DNA of 64,000 bases from Candidatus Latescibacterota bacterium (GTDB taxonomy: Bacteria; Latescibacterota; UBA2968; UBA8231): the NCBI GenBank assembly GCA_965203175.1, contig OZ241867.1, positions 6,048,001 to 6,112,000 on the forward strand. The letters are read 5' to 3'. Shown one piece after another: positions 7,983-18,674 of this stretch. The stretch's first letter is position 1. Every line of letters begins with the position of its first letter. The translations under genes and the position numbers were made by a program. The notes below the pieces were generated by a model, which worked only from the letters and a program-made list of their open reading frames with translations, did not search any database and was not told the origin of the DNA.

Positions 7983-9332
7983 GTGATCGACTGGGAAGCT
8001 GTGCGCGCCGAAGTAACCGGGCATTTGCAGGCCCTCATCCGCATCGACACCACCAACCCCCCCGGCAACGAAAGCAAAGCCGCGCGCTATCTAGCAGGAA
8101 TATTGCGGCAGGAGGGCTTTGATCCCCTCTTCGTCGAGTCCGCGCCCGCGCGAGGCAACGTCCTCGCGCGGCTGTCCGGCGGCGACGAACCACCGCTCAT
8201 GCTATTGGGACATACCGACGTGGTGGCCGCCGAACCTGAGCACTGGACCCACCCGCCCTTTTCTGGCGCACTAGCCGACGGCTGCGTGTGGGGGCGGGGC
8301 GCTTTAGATATGAAGAACATGGTCGCGGTGAATCTGATGGTGTTGCTCCTGTTGCAACGGGAAGGCGTCCAACTCAACCGCGACATCGTCTTCGCCGCCA
8401 CCGCCGACGAGGAGGCCGGCAAGGGCAATCACGGGCCGGGGTGGATCATCGACAATCGACCGGAACTGTGGGACGCGCCCTTGATCATCACCGAGGGCGG
8501 CGGCAGCGACTTCGCAGTCGGCGAGCAGCGGTTTTACACCTGCCAGACCGGGCAAAAGGGGCTGTGCCGGCTGCGCCTGATCGCCCGCGGCGCGCCCGGA
8601 CACGGCTCCATGCCGCACGGCGACAGCGCAATCGTCAAGCTGTCCAAAGCCCTAGCCGGCTTGGAAGGAGCCGTGTTTCCCGCGCACATATCCGCGAGCG
8701 TGCGCCGCTTTGTCGAGGGAATTGCCAGCCGCCGTCCAGCCGCCGAGGCCGCCCTGTGGCAACAAGTACTCGATCCGGCGACCTCGAATGCCGCACTGCG
8801 CGAACTCCCCATTGGCAGCACCTTGCGCCGCGAGTTGGGCGCAGTGCTGCACAACACGGCCTCGGCGACCATGGTGCAGGCTGGTTCCAAGATCAACGTG
8901 ATTCCGGGAGAGGCAACTGCTTGGATCGATGGGCGCTTAGTGCCCGGACAGACAGCAGAGAGTTTCGCGGCCGAGTTGCGTACATTTGTCGGCGAAGAGG
9001 TCGCCATCGAGATCGATCAGTACACGCCGCCCTTGGAAGCATCGTCCGATACCCCGCTTTTTCAGACAATCGTCGAGGTGATGCAGAAACGCGAGCCAGA
9101 CGCGCCAGTGCTCCCGTATCTGATGCCAGCCGGCACCGACGCCAAGCACATTGTGCCGCGCCGCCCCGAAACCCAGATCTACGGCTTTATGCCCTATCGC
9201 CAGCAGCCAGGCGAGGAAGAAATGTCCCTGATCCACGGCCACGACGAGCGCATCTCCGTGGCAGAACTGCTCTTTGCAACGCAGGTGCTCTACGAAATCG
9301 TCTGCCGCTTTGGAGGAGTAGAGAACCGCTAG
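7983..9332 (+). CDS. M20/M25/M40 family metallo-hydrolase
   Basis: GHTDVV, GRGALDMK, ADEEAG, GHGS, KINVIP, GTDAKH and IHGHDER. GTG start after AAAGGA. Confidence 0.92.
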   Translation: MIDWEAVRAEVTGHLQALIRIDTTNPPGNESKAARYLAGILRQEGFDPLFVESAPARGNVLARLSGGDEPPLMLLGHTDVVAAEPEHWTHPPFSGALADGCVWGRGALDMKNMVAVNLMVLLLLQREGVQLNRDIVFAATADEEAGKGNHGPGWIIDNRPELWDAPLIITEGGGSDFAVGEQRFYTCQTGQKGLCRLRLIARGAPGHGSMPHGDSAIVKLSKALAGLEGAVFPAHISASVRRFVEGIASRRPAAEAALWQQVLDPATSNAALRELPIGSTLRRELGAVLHNTASATMVQAGSKINVIPGEATAWIDGRLVPGQTAESFAAELRTFVGEEVAIEIDQYTPPLEASSDTPLFQTIVEVMQKREPDAPVLPYLMPAGTDAKHIVPRRPETQIYGFMPYRQQPGEEEMSLIHGHDERISVAELLFATQVLYEIVCRFGGVENR

Positions 9333-9829
9333 CTCGAATCGACGACAGCGACGCCATCGTCGATTTCGAGGACCAAAACCTTATCGCCGGGGTTGAGAGG
9401 ACCTTGAGCATCGGCCCGGCGCGCCAACAGTTCGATGGTGCGGCCTTGGACGGTAGCGGAAATTTTGCCGGTGCTGCCCGTAGCGATGGGAACGGTGACT
9501 TCGGCTTCTAGGCCGATCAAGTCGTCGCCTGCCAGCGAACTATCGGCGCTGGAGGTACTCAGCCGACTCAGCATCCAGTCGCCCAAAAAGGCGCAGACCA
9601 CACCACTACCCAGCGCCGTAAACAACGCAGCACTTGGGCCCATCAGCAGGCTGCCAAGCATCCCGGCCAAACCAAAGAAGAAGGCAAAAAAGAAGAACAG
9701 CCGCAGCCGCAAAACAGCCAGCGCCCGCAGGCCGTCGCCCACACCATCGCCGTCCCCCCCAAACAGCGAGGCACCAACGGCGATCCCCCCAACGATCAGC
9801 CCGCTCAAGTACAGATAAAAGAGATCCAC
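9329..9829 (-). CDS. NfeD-like membrane protein (TM helices plus C-terminal OB fold)
   Basis: Hydrophobic N-terminal half, then LIGLEAEVTVPI..GSTGKI...GDKVLVLEI. It lies directly downstream of the flotillin gene; GTG start at 9829. Confidence 0.85.
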   Translation of the reverse strand: MDLFYLYLSGLIVGGIAVGASLFGGDGDGVGDGLRALAVLRLRLFFFFAFFFGLAGMLGSLLMGPSAALFTALGSGVVCAFLGDWMLSRLSTSSADSSLAGDDLIGLEAEVTVPIATGSTGKISATVQGRTIELLARRADAQGPLNPGDKVLVLEIDDGVAVVDSS

Positions 9830-9830
9830 G

Positions 9831-11108
9831 CTACCCTGCCTGCGGCGGAACCTGCCCGTCGGTCTTGTCGGCGATGACCGAGGCCAGATCGACGCCGGTG
9901 GTGGCCTTGATGCTCTCGAATAGCGCAGGAGCCAGCGTCCCGATCTGGTTGACGACCGCCGGCAGACCGCTCTGACCGCCGTTGCCGGAATCGACGACCG
10001 CGAGGTGGTCAATTTTGATGTCCTTAGCCATGGCGGTGATTTGCTCGACCAAGCTCGGCAGCATCTGGATCAACAACAGTTCCTTACCATTGGGGCCAGC
10101 GATGGTCCAGACCTCGTTTTTCTGCTTGAGCACCTCGATTTCGGCGAGGCCGTTTTCGAGGATGTTGGCCGCCTCGCCCTTGGCGCGCAGTTCAGCCGCG
10201 TCGCGGTCGGCGCGGGCTGGCTCAATGACCTCGATCTCTAGCTGGCGCCGCTGCAGCGCCAAGCGCTCCTGCTCGACCTCCTGCTCGGCCTGAACTTCGG
10301 CTTTGCGGGCAACTTGCGCGGCGCGTTTCTCCGCGGCCAAGCCCTCGCCTTCTAAATCGGCCTTGCGAACTCGGAGCGTGTTTTGCGCATCGACGATCTC
10401 CACCTGCGCCTCGGCGTCGGCGACCTCACCGCGACGGCGCGCCTCGGCGGATTTCTCCTGTGATTCAGCGCGGTTTTCAGCCTCGGCGATTTCGGCTTCC
10501 TTGAGGACCGCAGCCGTGCTCTTGCGGCCAATAGCGTCGAGATAGCCAACATCGTCGGAGACGTTCTGGATTTTGAGCGTGTCGAGCACAAGGCCCAGCT
10601 TCTGCAAATCGACATCCGCCTCACCGATGAGCGATTGGGCAAATTTGAGGCGATCCTCGTTGACCTCTTCGGGGGTCAGCGTGGCGAGGACGCCGCGCAG
10701 GTTGCCTTCGAGCGTATCCTTGGCAATGTCTTGGATTTCAGGGAGCGCGATGCCCAAGAAGCGCTCTAGCGCGTTGCCGAGCAGCGGCTCGTCACCGGCG
10801 ATCTTGATATTGGCGATGCCTTGCACCGACAGCGGGATGCCGCCTTTGGAGTACGCGTTGTTGATCGATACTTCGAGGGGAATCGTGCGCAAGTCGAGGC
10901 GGTCGACCTTTTCGAGGAGCGGGATGCGAAAGGCGCGGCCCCCTTTAATCACGCGGTAGCCCACCGCGCGACCGTCGGAGGTCTGGCGTTTGCGGCCCGA
11001 GAAGATGATGACTTCGTTGGGCTGGCAAATAAAGAGATTCAGCCGGACGACGGAGATCACCACGATCAGCAATACCGCGAAAACTATAGCGAAAGTCAGG
11101 AATTCCAT
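9831..11108 (-). CDS. Flotillin/SPFH domain protein
   Basis: N-terminal TM, PNEVIIFSG, LEGNLRGVLATLTPEEV and an AEA-rich coiled coil. Confidence 0.93.
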   Translation of the reverse strand: MEFLTFAIVFAVLLIVVISVVRLNLFICQPNEVIIFSGRKRQTSDGRAVGYRVIKGGRAFRIPLLEKVDRLDLRTIPLEVSINNAYSKGGIPLSVQGIANIKIAGDEPLLGNALERFLGIALPEIQDIAKDTLEGNLRGVLATLTPEEVNEDRLKFAQSLIGEADVDLQKLGLVLDTLKIQNVSDDVGYLDAIGRKSTAAVLKEAEIAEAENRAESQEKSAEARRRGEVADAEAQVEIVDAQNTLRVRKADLEGEGLAAEKRAAQVARKAEVQAEQEVEQERLALQRRQLEIEVIEPARADRDAAELRAKGEAANILENGLAEIEVLKQKNEVWTIAGPNGKELLLIQMLPSLVEQITAMAKDIKIDHLAVVDSGNGGQSGLPAVVNQIGTLAPALFESIKATTGVDLASVIADKTDGQVPPQAG

Positions 11109-11183
11109 ATATCACCTCCTGAGGCGTTTGCGGCGTAATATACGGAAAGAAACCGCTAAACCCTACGAAGTTTCCTCGACGAT

Positions 11184-12644
11184 TCAATACGCGCCCTTAA
11201 TCCGCCCAAACCACCCGCGCAACGGGTCGCCCAATTCCTCCATGTAGCGGCCCATCCGCCCTACCAGGTCTTGGCGCACGGCCTCGTACGCCGGATCGCC
11301 ATACACATTGTTGAGCTGATAGGGATCGCGTTGCAAGTCGTACAACTCGCCCGGATCGCCCGAATTAAAAGTGAACTGATGAGTGCGGGTGCGGACCATG
11401 CGCTGGTTGGCGACCGTAAAATGGCGGTCGAACACGCAGTACACTTCCTCGCGCCCGTTGGCAAACGGGCGTCCCTCCATAGCCGGGAGAAAGGACCGCC
11501 CATCGAGGTCGGCGGGAACTTCAAGACCAGCGGCATCGAGCGACGAGAGCATGATTTCGTGCAAATAGACGAACTCGTCGCAGGCCGTGCCGGGAGCCTG
11601 ACAATCGGGATGGGCAATGACGAGCGGGATGCGGTAGATCTCGTCGTACATGAACTCGCCCTTCTCGATCAGCTTGTGCGCGCCGAGGCAGTCGCCGTGA
11701 TCCGAGGTATAGACGATGATGGTATCGTCGAGGACGCCCAATTGTTCCAAGTGAGCCACCACCCGACCCACCATGTCGTCGATGAGCGTGCAATGCCCAA
11801 AGTAGCGCGCGGCGATTTCCTGAAACCCCTCCCAGCCGTAGTCCCCCAACCCCCACAGCTTCTCGATTAATTGCTGGCGATAGGGTTTTTTCTCAAACGT
11901 CTCGGCGTACCCGGGATGTTCGGGAATGGCCTTTGGATCGTACATGGAGAAGTACGGCTCCGGCACCAGCGACGGACTGTGCGGCCCCCAAAAGTTGGCC
12001 CAGAGAAAGAAGGGCTCCTCACCAGTAGCCACTTCGTCGAGCACGCGCATGGCTTCCTCGGCGACGAAATACTCAATGCACGACTCGACCGGCCCCTCGT
12101 GCAATGCGAACATCTCCTGCGCCTGATTCGAGGGATTGGTGCCGACAAAGCGGTGCGACACCGTCGGCGGCGGGTCGAAGCCGCGCTCTTTGAGATAGTC
12201 GGCGTAATGATTGTGGCTGCGAAGTTTTCCGCCGAATTGCAGACCGGGCAGCAGATCACCCCCGGGGAAAGAATAGCCCAGGAAATCCTTGCCGGTGAAC
12301 CCATAACCGGACGGACCGGTCTGCTCATCCACGTGCCACTTGCCGGCGTACCCGCAGCGATAGCCAACATCGGCCAAATAGTGATTTAACCCGCGCACGC
12401 CCTCGCGCAGACACAGGCCATTGGCCGTAACCCCGTGCTTGTGCGGATAGAGACCCGTGTAAAAGGAAGCGCGGGCCGGCGAGCAGATCGCAGTCGGCGT
12501 AAACGCCGAATCAAAGCGCACGCCGCGCGCCGCCAACGCGTCGATGTGCGGTGTCCGGCACACCTCGTTCAGTCCGTAGCAACTCACCGTGTCGAGCCGC
12601 TGCTGGTCGGACATCAAGACGACGACATTAGGTTGCTTAGCCAT
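11184..12644 (-). CDS. Sulfatase (Cys-type, formylglycine-dependent)
   Basis: PNVVVLMSDQQR, CSPARASFYTG, GKWH, TSDHGD and ELYDL..DP. Confidence 0.93.
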   Translation of the reverse strand: MAKQPNVVVLMSDQQRLDTVSCYGLNEVCRTPHIDALAARGVRFDSAFTPTAICSPARASFYTGLYPHKHGVTANGLCLREGVRGLNHYLADVGYRCGYAGKWHVDEQTGPSGYGFTGKDFLGYSFPGGDLLPGLQFGGKLRSHNHYADYLKERGFDPPPTVSHRFVGTNPSNQAQEMFALHEGPVESCIEYFVAEEAMRVLDEVATGEEPFFLWANFWGPHSPSLVPEPYFSMYDPKAIPEHPGYAETFEKKPYRQQLIEKLWGLGDYGWEGFQEIAARYFGHCTLIDDMVGRVVAHLEQLGVLDDTIIVYTSDHGDCLGAHKLIEKGEFMYDEIYRIPLVIAHPDCQAPGTACDEFVYLHEIMLSSLDAAGLEVPADLDGRSFLPAMEGRPFANGREEVYCVFDRHFTVANQRMVRTRTHQFTFNSGDPGELYDLQRDPYQLNNVYGDPAYEAVRQDLVGRMGRYMEELGDPLRGWFGRIKGAY

Positions 12645-13613
12645 TTAGCGCTCCTCGCTCCGCAAATCCAGCCACGCCATCTCCGCCTCAGAGAGCGGAT
12701 TGTCGAGAGCCTGCGCGTTGGCCGCGATCTCATCGCCGCTCATGCTGCCGACCAAGGCGTAGATGTCGAGCGGATAGCTGAGCACGTACGACAAGGCGAT
12801 CTGCGGCACCGACAGCCCCTTTTCTTCAGCCAGTGCCCACGCGCGGTCGAGCCGTTTGAAGTTGTCTTCGCAGTAGTACGATTTGGGCATGGAGCCATCG
12901 AACTGGTCGCGCATTTCCTCGGCGTTGGCGCGGGTAATTTTGCCCGAGAAAAAGCCGCGGGCCACGCTCGACCAAGTAAAGAGCGGCATGTCGTGCTCGG
13001 CGTACCAAGCGCGGGCGGCAGCTTGGCTGGGACCCGCAATCGACAAGCAATCCTTCCACGGCTCGGCAATCTGATCCGCCAAGCTGAAGTTCGGACTGGA
13101 GGCCGCAAAAGGCACGAGCCCGCGTTGGTCCGCGTATTCATTGGCCTCGGCCAAGCGCTCCGGCGTCCAATTCGAGCCACCAAAAGCGTGGATGCGACCA
13201 GCCGCGTGATGTTCGTTAAGAGCCTCGACAATCGGCCCGACCGGAACTGCCGGATCGTCGCGGTGCAACAAGTAGAGGTCGATGTAGTCGGAGCGCAGGC
13301 GCACTAGCGAGTCAGCCATGTCCGAGGCGATGTCGTACGGAGTGACGCGGTTGCGGTCCTGATTGAGATGGGCACCCTTGCCAATGATGACGATTTCATC
13401 GCGGTTGCCCCTTTCTTCCATCCACAGTCCGAGCATGCGATCCACTTCGCCGCCGCCGTAGCCGTGAGCCGAGTCATACGTAGTGATACCGGCCTGCCAA
13501 GCCGCGTCGAGCAAAACAAAGCCTTCTTCCTTGCGGCTGCGATTGAGCATAATCGAACCTTGAACTATGCGCGAAATCTTTTTTTCAATGCCTTGTACGT
13601 TGCCGTATTGCAC
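12645..13613 (-). CDS. Aldo/keto reductase
   Basis: DSAHGYG, SLVRLRSDYIDLYLLHRDD and GGSNW. GTG start at 13613 after AAAGGA. Confidence 0.9.
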   Translation of the reverse strand: MQYGNVQGIEKKISRIVQGSIMLNRSRKEEGFVLLDAAWQAGITTYDSAHGYGGGEVDRMLGLWMEERGNRDEIVIIGKGAHLNQDRNRVTPYDIASDMADSLVRLRSDYIDLYLLHRDDPAVPVGPIVEALNEHHAAGRIHAFGGSNWTPERLAEANEYADQRGLVPFAASSPNFSLADQIAEPWKDCLSIAGPSQAAARAWYAEHDMPLFTWSSVARGFFSGKITRANAEEMRDQFDGSMPKSYYCEDNFKRLDRAWALAEEKGLSVPQIALSYVLSYPLDIYALVGSMSGDEIAANAQALDNPLSEAEMAWLDLRSEER

Positions 13614-13627
13614 GAGTACGTTCCTTT

Positions 13628-14611
13628 CTATTCCATTGGGTATTTCAAGCCGATCTGAGCGCGGATCTCGTCGAGGATCCGCATCAGCGCCACGGTTTCG
13701 TCGAGCGACATGACCGCGCTCTCTGTCAGACCTTCGCCGAGACAGCGAGCGACTTCTTGCGCCTCGTAGTTGTAGCCATTGCCCGCCAAGGGCAATTCGA
13801 TGCGCTCTTCGCGGTCCCCGGCTTTGAGCGTGGCGCTTTCGCCCTTCCACCACGACGGATCAATGACAATCGTCCCCTCGCTGCCGACGATGCGGGCCTC
13901 GTGCGAAGTCGAAGCGCGAATGGCACAAGAGAGATTGGCGATGGCACCGCCGCTATAGCGGAGTACGATGCCCGTCTGCTCGTCAACGCCAGTCTCGCCG
14001 AGGTGTGCAGCCGCAGCGATCTGCGCTGGCTGCGACCCAAGCACCATCGCCGCGAAAGAGACGACGTAAATGCCGATGTCGAGCAAGGCACCGCCGCCCA
14101 AAGCGAGGTTAAAAAGCCGGCCATCGGGATTGACGCCCGCGCGAAAACCAAAGTCAGCACTGACCATCAGCGGCTCGCCGATAGCATCAGCGTCGAGCCA
14201 CTGGCGCACCTGCACCATAATGGGCAAGTAGCGAGACCACATGGCCTCCATCAGAAAGACGCCATTGGCGCGGGCACAGGCGACGACGGCTGCGGCCTCG
14301 GCCGCATTGATGGTAAACGGCTTCTCGCAGAGCACGGCCTTGCCGGCTTCAATACAGAGAATCGAATTGTCTTTGTGGAAAGGATGGGGCGTGGCCACGT
14401 ACACCGCGTCTATGTCGGGATCGGCGCTGAGGGCCTCGTACGAGGCGTGGCGGTTGGGGGCACCGTACTGGTCGGCAAAAGCGTCGGCGCGCTGCTGATC
14501 GCGCGAGCCAACGGCGACTAACTCTCCTTCGGAAATAGCCTGGAGGCCGACGGCAAATTTGTGGGCAATGCTGCCCGGGCCGAGGATGCCCCAGCGAATG
14601 GGCGCGGTCAT
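13628..14611 (-). CDS. Gfo/Idh/MocA family oxidoreductase
   Basis: WGILGPGSIA, YVATPHPFH, CEKP and GGALLDIGIY. Confidence 0.93.
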   Translation of the reverse strand: MTAPIRWGILGPGSIAHKFAVGLQAISEGELVAVGSRDQQRADAFADQYGAPNRHASYEALSADPDIDAVYVATPHPFHKDNSILCIEAGKAVLCEKPFTINAAEAAAVVACARANGVFLMEAMWSRYLPIMVQVRQWLDADAIGEPLMVSADFGFRAGVNPDGRLFNLALGGGALLDIGIYVVSFAAMVLGSQPAQIAAAAHLGETGVDEQTGIVLRYSGGAIANLSCAIRASTSHEARIVGSEGTIVIDPSWWKGESATLKAGDREERIELPLAGNGYNYEAQEVARCLGEGLTESAVMSLDETVALMRILDEIRAQIGLKYPME

Positions 14612-14685
14612 GGATACTCCTAGCGTGGACTGATTATGAAAATAAGTGGGGATATAGTTTGGCCGTGCGCAGAGCAGGCGTCAAC

Positions 14686-17600
14686 CTAGCTTTGGTTGGC
14701 AAAGGCGCGGGCGTTTTGAAATAGCTTGAGCCACGGCCCTTCTTCGCCCGTCCACTCCGCCGGACGCCAAGATAGCTGAACATTGCGGAAGACGCGCTCG
14801 GGGTGCGGCATCATAATGGTAGCGCGGCCGTCGGCGCTAGTCAGAGCCGTTAACCCGCCGGGTGAGCCATTCGGGTTGAACGGATAGCGTTCGGCCGGCT
14901 GACCGTAATTATCCACGTAGCGCAGGCAAAGCTGATCTTGCATCCGCGCTCGTTCTAGGTCTTGCTCGTCGCCAAATTGGACGCGGCCTTCGCCGTGCGC
15001 CACCGCAATGGGCAAACGCGACCCCTCCATGCCGCGCAAGAGTACCGAACGGCTTTCCAGCACCTCTACGGTGGCGAACCGCGCCTCAAACTGCTCGGAG
15101 CGATTGCGCACAAATTGCGGCCAGTCGGCCGCGCCTGGGATCAGCTCCTTGAGGTGCGACAGCATCTGGCAGCCATTGCACACCCCCAAGGAAAAGGTAT
15201 CCGGCCGCTCGAAAAAGGCGGCGAATTGCTCGCGCAGGCGGTCGTGGAAGAGAATCGAACGCGCCCAACCAGCTCCGGCCCCAAGCACGTCGCCGTAGCT
15301 AAAGCCGCCGCAGGCAGCCAACCCGTGAAACGAACTCAATTCGACGCGGCCTTCCAACAGGTCGGTCATAGTCACGTCAACCGCCTCGCAGGCGGCTGCG
15401 TCAAAGGCCGCGGCCATTTCCACCTGACCGTTGATGCCCTGCTCCCTCAGCACGGCCACGCGAGGCCGCGCCTTCCCGCCTATGGTCGGAGCAACTTCGT
15501 GCGCCAAGTGGAAGTTCAGGCCCGGATCTTGGCCGTCGTCAAGGGCCTCGTACTCCTCGCGGGCGCAGTCCGGATCGTCGCGGTGGGCCTGCATCCGATA
15601 CGTCAGCTCAGCCCACGCCGCGTGGAGGTCGAGTAGTGGGGCGTCATAGACGAGATCATCGCCCCTGCGAATGCGCAAATGCAAGTCGTCAACAGGCTGG
15701 CCCACGCTGTACACCAAGTTGGCGATGCCCTGGTCCGCAAAGACCTTGTACACGGCTTCTTCATCCTCGACGCGGTATTGGATCACAGCACCCACTTCCT
15801 CGCAAAAGAGCGCGGCGAGTAGATCGTTGCCTAGCGTGTCGATCATTAACTCCACGCCACAGCGGCCGGCAAACGCCATCTCCGCCACCGCAGTGAAAAG
15901 CCCTCCGTCGGAACGGTCGTGGTACGCGAGCACAAGGTCTTGGTCGAGCAAAGTCTGCACGGTCTCGTACAAACCGCGCACATCGCCTGCATCCACGTCC
16001 GGAGTCCCACTGCCGATTTGGTTGTACGCTTGAGCGAGGCAAGAGCCACCAAGACGGTTCTGCCCGCGACCCAAATCCACGAGCAGCAATCGGGTGTCGC
16101 CGCTCTTTAGGTCGGGCGTGGCGTGGCGGCGCACATCGTCCACCGGCGCGAAGGCCGAGACGACCAAACTCAACGGTGCGACTACCTTGTGCGCCGCGCC
16201 CTCGGTGTCTTCCCACACCGCCCGCATGGACAGCGAATCTTTCCCCACCGGAATGGACACGCCTAGCGCCGGGCAAAACTCCAACCCCACTGCGCGCACT
16301 GTGTCGTACAAAGCTGCATCTTCGCCCTCCTCGCCGCAGGCACACATCCAATTCCCCGACAGCTTGATGCGGTGAATCGGACCAATGTGTGCCGCAGCGA
16401 TGTTGGTGACGGCCTCGGCAATGGCCATGCGCCCCGACGCTGGCGCATCCACTAAGGCGAGCGGCGTGCGCTCACCCATCGCCATAGCCGACCCAGTATA
16501 CCCCTGAAAGGAATGACAAGTCAGAGCTAAATCCGCCACCGGCACCTGATGAGGACCAACCATCTGATCGCGGGCTACCAAGCCAGTAACCGTGCGGTCG
16601 GCAATGGTGATGAGGAAGGTCTTGGCCGCCACGGCTGGAAAGCGGAGCACGCGCTCAGCAGCCTCGGCTATCGAAGGCTCTCCTAAATCGAGGCGCTGCC
16701 GCACGGGCTGGCTGCGCATCGCGCGGCGCAGCATCTTGGGCGGCTTGCCCAAAATCACCGCTAGGTCCAGGTCGTCGATGGGCTTGCCGCCGAGCAGAGA
16801 GTCGTCGAGAGACAGCGTGCCATCACCCGTGATCTCGCCGATGACCGCAAACAAGCAGCGCTCGCGCGCGGCCAGCTCGGCAAAACGGTCCAAATCGGCG
16901 CGGCCCACCACCAGCACGTAGCGCTCTTGCGCCTCATTGCTCCAAATCTGCATCGGGCTCATGCCCGGGTCGTCGTTGTGAATGGCCCGCAAGTCAAAAC
17001 GCGCACCCACGTCTGCCACTAACTCTGGGCAGGCGTTGGACAGGCCACCGGCCCCCACGTCGTGAATGCTGATGATGGGATTTTCCGCACCAAGCGCGAT
17101 GCAGCGGCTGATTAGCTCTTGGCAGCGGCGCTGCATCTCGGGGTTGTCGCGCTGCACCGAGGCAAAGTCGAGATCCTCGCTGTTGGCGCCCGTGTCCATG
17201 CTAGAGGCCGCACCCCCGCCGAGGCCGATGAGCATGGCCGGCCCTCCGAGCTGAATGACGCAATCGCCCGCAGCCGGAGTTTTCTTTTCCACGTGCTCAG
17301 CGTCAATGAGGCCAACGCCACCAGCGACCATGATCGGCTTGTGATAGCCGCGCCACACCCCGGTGCTGTCATCTTCCAAGGTGCGGAACATCCCGAGGAT
17401 GTTGGGCCGGCCGAATTCATTGCCAAAGGCCGCGCCACCAATCGGCCCTTCGGTCATAATGGAGAGCGGAGTAGCCAAGCGGTCCGGGAAGGCCGCACGC
17501 TCTTTTTCCCACGGCTGGGCGAACTCAGGCAAGCGCAGATGCGAGGTAAAAAAGGCGCACAGACCCGCCTGCGACCAGCCGCCCGTGCCAGCCGCCCCCT

Positions 17601-18525
17601 CGTCGCGAATCTCTCCTCCGACCCCGGTGGACGCTCCGGGGTAAGGCGCGATAGCAGTGGGATGGTTGTGAGTCTCGACCTTGATCAAGACGTGAGCCTG
17701 CCGCTGGCGATATCCATAGCGAAAGTCCTCGTCTATATGCGGACCAAAGACCGGCATATCAAATCCTTCAATCACACCGGCGTTGTCGGAATACGCCTTA
17801 ATCGTGCCTTGCGGATGGGCCGCATGCGTGTGGCGAATCATGTCGAAGAGCGACCGCGTCTCGCGCTGGCCGTCGATGATCCAATCGGCATTGAAAATTT
17901 TGTGGCGGCAGTGCTCGGAATTGACCACCGCAAACATCATTAGCTCCACGTCGGTCGGATCGCGCCCCGCAAAGGCGTGCAGCGCGTAGTCAATTTCCTC
18001 GTCCGAGAGGGCCAAGCCCATTTCGCGGTTGGCGGCCACGAGCGCACATCGTCCCTCGGCCCGCACCGGAATGTGGACTAGCGGCTTGGGATTCACACGG
18101 CGAAAGAGAGTCTCTAAGGAGTCGAGCGGGGCCTCAATCATGCGGTCGTAGAGCAGCGGCAAAACCGCGCTGGGCACGGTATCGGCAGCAAAGGCATACA
18201 GCGTGCCGCGCTCGACGCGGCGCACGAATTCGAGGCCGCAATTTCTAAGGATGTCCGTAGCCTTGCTCGACCACGGAGACGTCGTGCCCGGCCGCGGACC
18301 AATGGCCACCTCATTGTGCGCCCGCTCCGGCAAAGTCGCATCCACGTCGAGGATGCGCATGAGCCGCGCCAATTCACCGTCAGCTAAGGCGCGCGCACAT
18401 TGCACAGCATAGAAGTACGTGGCACTCAGATCTTCAACTTCGGGCGCGCAACGCTGACAGCGCGCTAGGAGCGACCGGCGGCGCAGGGACGACAGGGCCG
18501 GGGGGCCGACAAAGGCGAGTAGCAT
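14686..18525 (-). CDS. purL: Phosphoribosylformylglycinamidine synthase (large, fused type)
   Basis: [28 protein letters not shown], glutaminase GVCNGCQ and MMPHPER; 1279 aa. Confidence 0.97.
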   Translation of the reverse strand: MLLAFVGPPALSSLRRRSLLARCQRCAPEVEDLSATYFYAVQCARALADGELARLMRILDVDATLPERAHNEVAIGPRPGTTSPWSSKATDILRNCGLEFVRRVERGTLYAFAADTVPSAVLPLLYDRMIEAPLDSLETLFRRVNPKPLVHIPVRAEGRCALVAANREMGLALSDEEIDYALHAFAGRDPTDVELMMFAVVNSEHCRHKIFNADWIIDGQRETRSLFDMIRHTHAAHPQGTIKAYSDNAGVIEGFDMPVFGPHIDEDFRYGYRQRQAHVLIKVETHNHPTAIAPYPGASTGVGGEIRDEGAAGTGGWSQAGLCAFFTSHLRLPEFAQPWEKERAAFPDRLATPLSIMTEGPIGGAAFGNEFGRPNILGMFRTLEDDSTGVWRGYHKPIMVAGGVGLIDAEHVEKKTPAAGDCVIQLGGPAMLIGLGGGAASSMDTGANSEDLDFASVQRDNPEMQRRCQELISRCIALGAENPIISIHDVGAGGLSNACPELVADVGARFDLRAIHNDDPGMSPMQIWSNEAQERYVLVVGRADLDRFAELAARERCLFAVIGEITGDGTLSLDDSLLGGKPIDDLDLAVILGKPPKMLRRAMRSQPVRQRLDLGEPSIAEAAERVLRFPAVAAKTFLITIADRTVTGLVARDQMVGPHQVPVADLALTCHSFQGYTGSAMAMGERTPLALVDAPASGRMAIAEAVTNIAAAHIGPIHRIKLSGNWMCACGEEGEDAALYDTVRAVGLEFCPALGVSIPVGKDSLSMRAVWEDTEGAAHKVVAPLSLVVSAFAPVDDVRRHATPDLKSGDTRLLLVDLGRGQNRLGGSCLAQAYNQIGSGTPDVDAGDVRGLYETVQTLLDQDLVLAYHDRSDGGLFTAVAEMAFAGRCGVELMIDTLGNDLLAALFCEEVGAVIQYRVEDEEAVYKVFADQGIANLVYSVGQPVDDLHLRIRRGDDLVYDAPLLDLHAAWAELTYRMQAHRDDPDCAREEYEALDDGQDPGLNFHLAHEVAPTIGGKARPRVAVLREQGINGQVEMAAAFDAAACEAVDVTMTDLLEGRVELSSFHGLAACGGFSYGDVLGAGAGWARSILFHDRLREQFAAFFERPDTFSLGVCNGCQMLSHLKELIPGAADWPQFVRNRSEQFEARFATVEVLESRSVLLRGMEGSRLPIAVAHGEGRVQFGDEQDLERARMQDQLCLRYVDNYGQPAERYPFNPNGSPGGLTALTSADGRATIMMPHPERVFRNVQLSWRPAEWTGEEGPWLKLFQNARAFANQS

Positions 18526-18674
18526 GGGATACTTTCTAACGGGAAGAGGTTCAATAAAATGTAGGTACTGCTATAAAAACCCTCAAGGATTGACGCGGCT
18601 CGACGAGCTTATTTTTGCACCTACGTATATAATGTCTATTTTTCAGAATCTAGCCCATGCAGTTGGAGGTTCCT

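Noticed and set aside
9329-11108. Flotillin-NfeD pair as a novel system
   Set aside because: This is a well-known conserved operon.
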